From positions 62,001 through 126,000 of the forward strand of contig CAVNZM010000004.1 of the NCBI GenBank assembly GCA_963693365.1: 64,000 nucleotides of DNA, read 5' to 3'. This document shows, piece by piece, positions 1 through 12,345 of the stretch. The notes under the pieces are model-generated. The model saw only the letters and a list, made by a program, of their open reading frames with translations. It did no database searches and was not told the DNA's origin. How positions within the stretch are numbered: position 1 is the stretch's first letter; the number at the start of each line of letters is the position of its first letter. The DNA is from Amoebidium appalachense. Its lineage: Eukaryota > Protista > Ichthyosporea. The translations under genes and the position numbers were made by a program.

Positions 1-497
1 CAAACACACAATTAGCACATGCGCACACAACAAAACATCAAGACATTGACATATTTTTTTATGTTGTAGAGAACATGTACAAACACGTCCTAGCACACAC
101 ATATGGAACGGCACACACGCTATGCCATGTGGCACACAACCGCATCCAAGTCCTTTGCACACCACCACACATGCACACGACACACTCATGGCACACACCA
201 CGGCACACAAGAACATTCAGCCCGCCACTTTCAAACACAACACAAAAATACACCTGTAACTTTGAAACACAAAAAACAACGTGTTTCAAAGTTGGTGCAC
301 GATAGGCCATTCGATGTGCTTCGATGCACTTGTTAAACTGAATCTACATTGCCAGGCGCATTGTTACAGACACTTTCATGCGCACTGACAGCCAGGATTG
401 CTTTTTCAATACCCTTGTCCCCAACTACACGCACACACGTGCACAGTGGATCATCCGTCACCTTGTGCACAACCTTGAGGAAACACGCACACACGCG

Positions 498-600
<103 letters not shown>

Positions 601-617
601 CATATGCACAGTTTCAG

Positions 618-1380
618 GTGATGATCTTACACAGGGACTGGATCTTGTGCGGCGTCGTCGTGCTGCGATGGTGCGATTGGTGCAGAATGACCCCCGCACG
701 GCCGTGCATCTTGCGTTTGTCACGGCACAGTACCGGCCATTGGTGCCTCAGATGGAGGTGGGTAGCAGACAGGTTGGGGGGGGGGTTTGTGGATGGGACC
801 GGGAGGTGGAGGTGAGGGGGGAGGGGGGAGAGGGTGGTTGAGGTTGTAGCCTGTTGAAACGAGGAGGGGATGTAGAGTCTAGGGGAATCCTAGGCACGGC
901 AACGGGAGAGATTGAGGGTGAAGATTGAGAAGCCGGTTGGCGGGGAGGGGGATTGGGTCGATGGGGCGCTTTAAGAAAATGTCTTGAGTGCCGGCACCGT
1001 GCAATATGTACAAACTTTGCAACCTACCCCCTACCCACCAGCTTTCCCCTACACCCCCTATCCCCCCCCCCTCCCCCCTCCAGCCCCTCCCCCCCCCCCC
1101 CCCCCCCCCCCCCCCCTTCACACACACACACGCACCACATACCCTTCCCTAACCGGCTCACCAACAAAACACACCACACAGGGTGAGCTTGAGGAGACAT
1201 ATGAGGGCACGGGCCACGTAGGGGTGCTGTGCAGTCTGGTGGTCAACGGCCAGCAGGCGGGCAGCAGCACTGACGAGTACACAACAACATTCACAATACA
1301 GGTAGTGGGGGGAAATGGGGAAAGATTGCAAGTCTGTGGGTCTCTGTTTTTTGTTTTTTTTTGTTTTTTTTGTTTGTTTT

Positions 1381-1411
<31 letters not shown>

Positions 1412-4400
1412 GGGGGAAGGGAGGATACTGGAAGGCGAGGGGGGGGGGAGGGGGGGGGGGGGGGGATAGCCGTATATGGGATGATGGTTAACACAAAGGC
1501 ACATGGTGAGAATTTGGATATGCCAATCCAAATAACCCGATCTGCCCCAATAAGAACCTAACCTCCCATCTCCTCGGTAGGGTGTGCGCTACACGGCCTA
1601 TGTGTACGGCATGATGCAGAAGCGCACGTCAGCAACTATCACCGCCCATGGTATTGACCCCTCTGATCATCCACCATGTGCTTGTAACCTATGTTGTGCG
1701 GGAAGTAAGGTTAAACACTATAACTGAAACAATCACAAAGGAAACAACATCGGCTCAGTTCCCCTCCCTCCCTCCCCCTCTGTCCCCCTCCATACACACT
1801 AATGCAGCAAACATATGCCCATCATTGTCCTTGTGTTCTTCACTGACCATTACCTGCAGGGGCATATTTCCGCGAGGAGAGGATAGTGGCCCTGGCTGAG
1901 GGCCCCATGGCCCTCACTAACAGGTGGGCACGCCACACACACACACACACACACACATGCTTATGCTCACCGCACGTGCATAGACACATGCTTATGCTCA
2001 CCGCACGTGCATAGACACATGATTATGCTCACCGCACGTGCATAGACACATGCTTATGCTCACCGCACGTGCATAGACACATGCTTATGGTCACCGCACG
2101 TGCATATGCGCAATTTGCCTACGATCCCTGCACGTGTATGGCTGTCCAGCCTCCTGCCTGCCTGCATGCAACCAGCACACGCTGTCTGACTGTGGTATGT
2201 CCTCAGCACTGACCAGCTGACATTCCGTACGCCAGAGGACTATGCAGCCATCGGTAAGGCCTCCCCCCCGAAAATAAACACGGTGTGTGCACCTGGAAAG
2301 CATCAGCCACCCTCACTTTTCCACGTGACCCCGTTCCTTTTTACCGCCCACCAGCAAACCGAACATACCCCCCCCCCACCCATTTACTTCTGGAAGCATG
2401 GCACACACCCCGTAGGTGGCTCAGGGCAAGTGATGCACCAGTCACGCACAGTAGTGGATGGTGCCGCTCTTTTCATGGCGCTGACATTGTGGTTGTGTGC
2501 AGAGAGTGACTTCAGTGGCAACATGACAGAGACAGCCCACATCGAAAGCGTAGGCATCCCTTTGTTAAAACAAAAATACACCCACTTCAAACTCACCTGC
2601 TCACCCTTCCCACCCACCTTCCTTCTTCCCACGACCACAGCACATGCCTTGCATGACCATCAAATCACACCTGCAATGCTGCCCTCACCATCCACCCACT
2701 ACATGTATGCATGCACATGCCTCCACCATCAGCCACTAGCACCCCCTCTCCATGCAATGCACTGGCACGGGGGCTTTTGCTGACTGGGTTTGCAGGCTGG
2801 CAGCCAGATAGGGCTGGTGATAGTCATGGACTTTTCCGACGACCCTGGGTTTCCAAATGCCGCTAAAGGTAAGTGGCCCATAGGCAGGAGAGAGAAAGAT
2901 AAGGGAAAGGAACTATAAAGAAGAGGGTTGTAGGGGGGAGGGAATGGGACATGGGTCCCATAGGGGGGGGTGAGGTGCAAGGAGACAGATAAGGGACCAA
3001 GGTTACAAGTGGGAAGAAGGAGGGTTGGGGGGGAAAGAAAGAAAAGGGATGTGGGTTAAAGGCGGGCAGGGGGTAAGCGGGGGGAGGGGGGGGGGAGGGG
3101 GTCCAGTAGGTGGGAAGTAAAGGCAACAGGATGGTAAGGTAAGCCAAGTAAGGTGGGTGGGGCAGGGTGGGGGGATCAGCTTTTGCTGACCAATGGAGGG
3201 AGCAGGGTGGAATACGGACATGGTGGCGCAGATGTTTGCCAATCAGATCTCTCCGTTCTTCCACATCAACTCGTACGGGAAGGTGGGTGCATGCATAAAA
3301 GGTCCTGCAAGTGTGGGATGGTTGCGTGCTTGGTGCCTTGTGCCTGGTGGTGGTGCTGTGTGGTGTGTGAGGAGGGGGGGAGGGGATGGGGGGGGGGGGG
3401 GGGAGGGGAGTGGGGCAGGGGGCTTGGCACATGAGGGCAAGAAATTTACTGACGGGTGGTGCAGCTGCAATGGGAGTGGGTGTATTCACCTCTGGTCAGG
3501 ATGCCAAGCACTAAAGGTACACCCTCCACCGTGCATGGTCCACCCCCCTTTTCCCATGTCGTCCGGTTATGTGTATGCAATGTGTTTGCCTTACAGCGCC
3601 CTACTTGTCTGGCAGGTGCACTGGATGAAAAAGTTGGAGGGCTCTGGTGGTTGGAGGGCACGTACAGAGAGCCTGGCTATAAGTTCCTCGCAATTTGTGA
3701 AAAGTTGGCCGTCGTTGATCCCCACACCATCCATCCCACACATGCATACCCACGCACACACACAAACACACACACAAACACCTACACACACACACTCATG
3801 CGCACTATCTCCCCCCCCCCCAGCGTTCTACATGGCATCCAGCAGCAACTACCAGCAGCTGTTTACTGATGCCGCAGAGGCTGCAGGGTAGGTGGGGAGG
3901 GGGATGGGGGGGGGGGGGGGGGGGAGACGGGGGGCGGGGGGAGGGGGGGGGGGGGGGGGGGAGGGGGAGGGGAGTGAAGAGTTTCTAACGGTGTCTTTGC
4001 AGGTTCGACACCAGCAAATACACAACCTACGTGGGCCTGCACTCCAAAATGGGTACACAGCCCTGCCTCCCCCCCCCCCCAAGTCCTATACATCTTTCTC
4101 TTGTCTCCTGATCTTTGACGAATGTTCCAGGAGCCCGCCGCGACCACATTTAGGTGCTGGTTGGGCATCATTGGTGTGGTGACCCGTGGGTATGCTGGTG
4201 GATGAGGGGGGATGGGGGAGAAAGCGTGTGTGGTGTGTATTGCGAGGGAGGAGGGAGGGGGAGGGGGGGGGGGGGGGGGGGGGGGGGGGAATGAAGGGGG
4301 ATGCGCCGTGAGCGCCGTGAGCACGGCAGAGGGATGTGCAGGTGCTGACCATTGGCTGCAGACAAGATCTCGTGGTCGGGACTGGGGTTTGTGGGGTCAC

Positions 4401-5874
4401 CGGGGGTGCTGGCCAACGGCGAGTTCAGTGTGCGCGTCATTGCACACGGTGGGTGCCTCTCTCATCTCCTCCCTTATTCCCTTATCCCCCTGTCCCCTCT
4501 TCTCTGCCTGCTATCCTTTACGCTTGGGGCCATATTTGCCGATGGCTCGACTCTGGTTCAACCATCAGTCTGGTGAGTTGAGTCACACACATGACACTAT
4601 TCGAGGTGGATTGATTCTGCAGCTACCGCATAACGCTACTGTATGACACGGCTCAGGCTGTAATGCGGTTAGTTGTATGGCTTTTTTTTGTTAGGCATAT
4701 AGGGCTGATGCGTTTTGCAACCGAACATCCATTAGCCGAACACCAGATCGGGTGATTTCAATGGCTCTGACCAGATCCGGTCCTGATGTAAGTAAGCGCG
4801 GTTGCTGAAATCGATTGGTTCCTTAACGTCGACATCGAGATTCCGTTGAAAGTGTACATTTTATGCGTGCCCGGGTGGAGCACACGGAAAAGGTCTTTAG
4901 AAAAACCTAATTCATCAGAAACTTTTTACTATGGTTGAAATAATAATTCCATATTATTGACTATTTTTTATCTAGATAACGCTGATAAATATGAGCTTCT
5001 GTCGACATCCCATCCGACCGACCGACGCTGACGTGAAAGCATTCAGTCACAACCTGGCAACGGTAAACATATGATATGCAACCAATGGATGTAAATTTCG
5101 AGGTGTTCGGTTAATGGGTAAGATCGAGACATCACTTGCTTTTCATGTTTTTGTTAATAATTTACACCAGAAGCGCCATTTTTATTTTATATAGTGAAGA
5201 TTTAAACTATATTCTTCCTCCGACAAAAAGAAAGTATCGGTTTATCTCTATTGGGAGCTGAGATATTGCATAGATCGAGTACAGAAACGGTTAATGGCTC
5301 AGGTACCCTAAGGTGCTGACTTTAACCCAAATCAGAGATCGGACACAACATGGGATCATGGCATGCAAACTCCTGGCTGCCAACCACTAACGGCCCAAGG
5401 TATGCCATTGGCCCATAAGGGTGTGCCTGCGGGTGGTGGGCATGTGCACATGCTCACAGTAGCAATTGCTGTGCACGTGCATGCGTGTGATTGTGGTGAG
5501 CTGTGCACGTGCGTGCATGCGTGCGATTGTGGTGAGCTGTGCACGTGCGTGCATGCTGTCTGCTGTGCACGTGCGTGCATGCCTGTCTGCTGTGCACGTG
5601 CATGCATGCATGTCTGCTGTGCACGTGCGTGCATGCCTGTCTGCTGTGCACGTGCATGCATGCCTGTCTGCTGTGCACGTGCATGCATGCCTGTCTACTG
5701 TGCACGTGCGTGCATGTGGTGCAAGACATGCACGTGGCCTATCTGACTGTGTGCCAGCAGCAGCTACATCGGGCAGGGCAAGGTCATGCAGTATGCCGAC
5801 CAGTGGGCCGCCATGGGCATTGCTGACAGCACAGGTGCGTGGGTGGATACATGTGCAGTGGGTAGGTGCGTGTG

Positions 5875-5966
<92 letters not shown>

Positions 5967-6112
5967 GTGGGTGGGTACATGGATGGGTGTGCGGGTGTGG
6001 GTGGTTGGGTGGGTGCACGTGGGTGGTTGGGTGCATAGGTGTGCAATGTTTGTGCGTGTGTGCGCACGTAAGGGTGTGTAGATGTATGAATGTCATGTAA
6101 ACAACTAGCCCC

Positions 6113-6144
<32 letters not shown>

Positions 6145-6356
6145 TACGCGCGCGCATGCGTGTGTGTGTGTATGTGTGTGCGTGTGTGTGTGTGTGTGCA
6201 TGTATGTGTATGCGTGTGTGTGTGCCCAGAAAAGTCACATGATAGGCCTTCTCGCCATATCGGACGAGAAAAGGAGGAGAGGAACGTAAAGAAAAGGAGT
6301 TGGTCTCTATTCGGATGAATGATGTATGAATAGGTAGAGCCTGAACATCTGGTATT

Positions 6357-6412
<56 letters not shown>

Positions 6413-7374
6413 GTGATAGTATGCTGATGGTGGCAATGCACACAGGGCGGCGGCACTTCTCAGCGCGCACCAAGCAGTACTACGGCTGGATCCCTGACGA
6501 CAATGTAAATCTACCCCCTAGCCCCAGCTCCACCATTATGTAGCTTGCATGCAGTCCTTTCTTCTTACCATGTAACTGGCGCCATGGGGAGGCACTCAAC
6601 AGCACGACTCACCCTTCCCCCCCCCCCCCCCCCCCAGGTGGTCAATGTGAGGGTGTCGGGCACCTACACGCTGTTTGCCCACGACACATTCGACTCTCTG
6701 GCTGCCGGCAAGCTGATTCTGAGGGTACGTGTGTGCCTAGAATACATGTGCGCGTGTGCACGTGGCTAGCCAGGCACCTGTGGGTGCAGGGCACTCACCG
6801 GGCACGTGCAGATACCCGTGCAGTCAGCCCTGCACACCCTGTCCGGGCTCACCTATGAGCTTGAGTACCGCCAGCTGGATGTGAACTCAAACTCGGCTGC
6901 AGAGTGCGTATCCCCTCCCCAGGTGCACCCCATCCCCTCTCACCAACTCCCAAAAAGGACCACACGTGATTGGTTGCTGCCCTCATTCCATCCTACAGGC
7001 TGGGCCCACCCCCCAATCAAAACCACCTACCTGCCTGTTGCCATATATAGACACTGACCATATATGGCAGGGGCACGGTGCTGCTGCGCTATGTGCTAGA
7101 CCCTGCAGAGGGCTTCACCCTCAGCACGTGCTCTACTAGTGACGTCATCACTCAGGCCTGCAGCCGTATGTTGCCCCCCCCCCCCCCCCCCCCCCCCCCT
7201 TCCCCCAGGGCCTAAAACGGGTTGCCCAGCCACACCGAAATAGTTCCTTATCCGGGTTGGGTGTCTGAATCTGGCGCTGTGGATTGTATTCCATGCATGC
7301 CCTGCATCATGCTGCCCAATGAGTGCCCTTGCACTTGCATTCATCACATTGGTGTTGGTTGACCCTAACCTCCT

Positions 7375-7411
<37 letters not shown>

Positions 7412-10400
7412 TTCCACCCCAGAGCTGCAGCAGAGCAACGGGCTGGTCATCGACCTGACACCTAACTCCACACCCGATGATGCTGGGGAGAGCCGTGACG
7501 GTGGCTTTGTACGTGCCCTGTCCATGCATGCACACCCCAAGGGGTGGGCGATGGGTCACTGACTGATCCCCTCCCCCTCACTCTCACACACACACACTCT
7601 CTCTCTCCCCCCACCCCCTCCCCACACGCCACCATCTTCCCCTCCTCTCCCCCTCCCCCCAGCGGCCCACGGTGTGGTTTGACGACTACGACACCAAACT
7701 GCACATCAGACTCAACGGCTTGGCAAGAAGGGGTGCAGTGCAGGCCCAGGTGAGCCATGTGTGTGTGTTTGGGGGAAGCAGGGGTAAAGATGGGGGGTGG
7801 GGGGGGCTGGCATGGCATGTGTGGGTGGGTGCTGACTGGGCGGCAGGACATTGACATCATCTACGGCACAAATGACTGCTGGGGCAACGGCAACCTCACA
7901 ATGCAAAGGTAATCCTCAAACCCCCCTCCCTCCCCACCCCCCCCCCCTACCCAAACGAAAGCAACCTTACAAATGAGGACCCCCCCTTACGCGAAATGGG
8001 TCTCAACAGCCACTCTTCCCTTGCTTACCAATCTCACAGGCTCGAAGATAAACCCTTACCCAACCACACTGCCCCAAATTGTCGGTTGCAAGGCATCCAT
8101 AGCAACCCCATTTTCAATTATATGATGGTCGTGCCATTCCCACGTCATCCAAAGCCTCCAGCCATTCCCAATGGCCACCCCCCCCCCCCCCCCCCCCCCC
8201 CCCCCGTCCGTCCGTCTGGTTTTCACTCGGCTCTGGGTTGTCCGTTATAAATGCTCACTTTGTACTCTGTTGCAAATCCTAACCCCCCACCCCCCTCCCC
8301 AGTGCACGTGCTACTCTGGCTTCAACGGGGTCGACTGCTCGGGCACAAACGACGGCCAGGCCATTCTGCGCCTTAAGGTGTGCCTTGGGGGGGGCAGAGG
8401 CGGGGGTAGATGGCTGGGTGATGGTTTGCATTTGAGGCTGCATGTGAGGTGGCATGTTTGTGGTGTGCTGACCTGGGCTGCAGGATGGGGCCGGCACGGT
8501 GACCATGGACTGGGCCATGGGCCTGCTGAGAGACGCATTGGGCCAGGCACAGGTCGACCTGGCCCTGCACGAGAGAGCGGCCGGCCAGACCATCCTGCAC
8601 CTCAGGTATGTGTGCACGTGCATGCATGCGGTGAGGTACCACGTGCATGCATGCTGGTTGATGTGCAGCTGCATGCATGCTGGTTGATGTGCACCTGCAT
8701 GCATGTGGTGTGTCTGCACGTGCATGCATGCGGTGGGTTTCCACGTGCTGACACCTTGGGCAGGTTTGGGGACCCAGCCACCAAGGCAGTGCTCAAGATG
8801 ATGGTGGGCAACGGTGACCCCAAGGTATGTGGCTAACAACCCATGGTCCCCCATCCTTTATCGGTAGACTAAGTTCTTTCTCTCTTTCTCTCATCCCTAT
8901 AGCTAGTTTTACTGCATGAGTGCGCAGCAACCCCCCATGGCCCTCACCCACCCTGCCAACCCTGTGTACCATATGCCATTGCCTCCTAGCTCTGCTGCAC
9001 CAGGTCTCCCACGCAGTTCCTAAAACAACAACCTGGCTTAACAACCAGCCCTGCCCCCTCCCCCCCCCCTCCCCCCCTCCCCCCCCCCCAATCCACCCCC
9101 CCCTACCACCACCCTACCACCACCCGCTCACACACCCACCCAACCCCCCCCCCCCCCCCCCCCCCCCCCCTCCCACCCCTTTTTCCCCGATGGCACATAG
9201 GCAAACACACATGCACTCACACAATTTGACAAACACACACGTGCACACATACATGCCTAGAGCACACCACTTAACCCCCACACCTGACCCCATCTGCAGC
9301 TGGAGAAGCTCAACGTTGTGTCGGTCACCGAGGGCAACCTCACCGTCACATGGCCAGGCAGTGGTACGTTGGACCCCTTATCCTTCATCCTTACCTCATG
9401 GGTTTTTCTGCTTCCATTTCTCATGCCCTTTACTACTTTATTTCACTCTGCCCGACCAGTTTGTGCATCATTTAAATACCACACACTGCTACGTGGGCCA
9501 ACCAATATTGTATGCTGCCCCTAACCTTCGGGCCCACAGATGATGCCGGCAGTGGGGGCCTGAGTGCCCGGACGATCATCCTGATAGTGGGGGGGGTGGC
9601 CGGGGCACTGCTGCTGCTGCTGCTGCTGGCCTGCGTGGTGCTGCTGAGAACCCGCCAGCAGAAGAGACAGGTGTGTGCGTGCTGGGTGTCCTGCATGTGC
9701 GTTTCTATGTTGCATGGGCTGGGTGCTGGGTGTATCCTGCACGTGTGCTGTAAGAACACCGTGCATGGGTGATTGCATGTGCATGTGTCTCATCCACCCC
9801 CCTGCAGCTGCAACTTGCGCTGTCCAGCCAGGTCACCCGCAGTGCCGACAGTCTAGGCGACTACGACACATGTGCCAGTCCTGCAAACTGGGAGCCTGGC
9901 TCCCTGCCTGGCTCCCCCCTGCCAGCCCCCTACAGCCCCGCACTGCGCCCACGCACCTTTATTCCCCGGCTGGCGCACCTTGCAAGCGAGGCTCTGCCCG
10001 GCAGCCACACGGGGCCCAAGAAGCATGGCCGGCCAGAGGGCTACCACCCACCCCCGGCCGTCTCGTCCCCCCTGGCTACCCCTCACAGGGCCGTGCAGCG
10101 CCAGGCCTCGGCTGACCCAGCAGCCTCCCAGCAGTCCCTCACGTCCCTCGGCCAGCACATGCAAGGGGCACTGCCCCAGCGGTTCTTTGGCGCCAGCACG
10201 GATGGGCTCATGGACGACTCATCGGTGCCAGGCACCCCCACAGGCTGGGACCCGGCAAGCCCCACTAGACTGCCTAATGTGGCTATTGGCCTGCAGTCGG
10301 TCGAGGAGCTGGATGTGCCCTCCAACGATTGCGCGAATGAAGCACAGAATGAAGGACAGGATGACGAACAGAATGACGGACTGAATGACGGACAGATGGA

Positions 10401-10431
10401 GGTACAGACACACGGCCGCACAGACATGTAA
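618..10431 (+). CDS. Multi-exon type I membrane metzincin metalloprotease (peptidase M11/gametolysin-like domain, EGF-like module, TM helix, low-complexity cytoplasmic tail); 5' end probably upstream or unresolved
   Basis: Manual GT-AG splicing gives a coherent protein: ...[22 protein letters not shown] (618-757) / [17 protein letters not shown] / [10 protein letters not shown] / [12 protein letters not shown] / [10 protein letters not shown] / [25 protein letters not shown] (4362-4448) + [14 protein letters not shown] (5336-5399) = HExxHxxGxxH / YADQWAAMG (Met-turn candidate) / [13 protein letters not shown] / [10 protein letters not shown] / YELEYRQ / VIDLTPNS / [12 protein letters not shown] (EGF, ~8302) / [27 protein letters not shown] (TM plus basic stop-transfer, ~9575-9655) / last exon to TAA at 10431. 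A few small exons are uncertain. Confidence 0.85.
1953..2105. repeat. Intronic 31-bp minisatellite, ~5 copies (ACACATGCTTATGCTCACCGCACGTGCATAG)
   Basis: Units start at 1953, 1984, 2015, 2046, 2077. Confidence 0.95.
5470..5716. repeat. Intronic ~27-36-bp minisatellite built on a TGTGCACGTGCRTGCATG core
   Basis: Repeated TGTGCACGTGCGTGCATGCCTGTCTGC units. Confidence 0.9.
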
Positions 10432-11124
10432 GCGCCTGTGATTCATGTGTTGTTGCAGTGTTTCTTAGGCAATTGACTTTTGTTCCATATGTTCTGAAAA
10501 CATATCGAAAAGACGTACGCATTCAAGCCTTGGACAAATTGCTCCGAACAGGGAGAGACCTGAAATGCACGAAAATGCTAGTCTGGCCGTCGCTTGGCAC
10601 CCAGTTCCTAGGACCTGCATGTGCCAGCCATGCCCCTTTAAATGATGTATTTGCTTGATTGTGCGTGCTTTGAATGATGAGAGTAGCCACAAGTTGTGTC
10701 GCTTCTAAATGCCACGGTGAATAATGCTGTGAGGATGACTATGTGAACATATTAGTCCTAGAAACCATCGTCAACATACCCGGCTGTCACGTCGGCTAAG
10801 TTACAGTAAAACAAATGATACAAAAAGATCACAAACTGTTATTACATGTTATGCAGAGTAATTTTCCGACGCAATAATTATGCAAGCCCCAGTCGGAAGG
10901 AAGATATTCGCTGGATGGTGGGATAATGACAATTTACTGTAAGTGCAGAATAAATGTACTTAGTAAATGCGACATTTGCTGGAATAATTTCTAGCGTCTA
11001 TTTGCAATTGAATTTGCTACCAATCCTCTCCCGAATGCACAATTCTTCCCCCCCCTTTCTCCCCTTGCTGCTGATAAAAATACACACACAGGTACTCATA
11101 TGCACACAAACGTTGCACACACAA

Positions 11125-11193
<69 letters not shown>

Positions 11194-11320
11194 ACCCACC
11201 CACCAAAAAAAAGCGCGTGTCTCCGTCATTGCACACATGCACACTTCAATACACACCCATAGAGAGATTGAGCCTGAGAGAGAATCTGATCTTCAAAGAC
11301 TGAAAAAGGAAAGCCATGGG

Positions 11321-11648
<328 letters not shown>

Positions 11649-11964
11649 CAGAAGGAGAGGTAGGGAAGCGGGAGGGGCGTAGAGGGGGGGGGTTGGGGGG
11701 TGGGGGTGGGGGGGGGGAAGGAGGGGAAGCTCCGGGAGGGCAAGGGGAGCGAGAGGAGAAAGATTGCGGGGCGAGAGGGTTCGAGCGAGCATGACAACCC
11801 TCATATGATGTTTTATAACCGGCTCGACGGCCGCGGAACATTATTTATGACCCACTGCCAGTTCAAATTGAAGCATATCTGACTGAGGGAAAGCTCGAGT
11901 GGATGAGGGCCGAAACTGAGTACCTGTGTGTTTTGAATCGGCGACGGGGAGGGGGGAGGCGGCG

Positions 11965-12014
<50 letters not shown>

Positions 12015-12345
12015 TCGAATGATTGGATTGGCGTTCATTTCCCGCTCACTGCTTTAACATCCTTAAAAAAAAAATATATATATGTTAACCATATATAGCT
12101 AGGCATCGGAGCCAGTCATGACGTCATCCTTCTGAGACCTGAGTCGCGCAAATTTGGGCTTCAAGTGCCGCCCTCGGTACATGGGCCGTACTGTACTGAC
12201 AGTGGAGTGCGTACTGTGATATTAGTGACGAGTGCGTAGTGTTAATGGGTTCCCAAGGTGGTCACGTTTGCCAGTTCTCCGCCCACCCAGCACCCACACG
12301 CCAGCCCCTAGTACCCCCAGTGCATACGTCCTCTTCCCCGTTGCC

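Noticed and set aside
350-480. Possible extra upstream exon of the metalloprotease gene (RIVTDTFMRTDSQDCFFNTLVPNY...)
   Set aside because: No canonical GT donor at its apparent end; cannot be supported without transcripts
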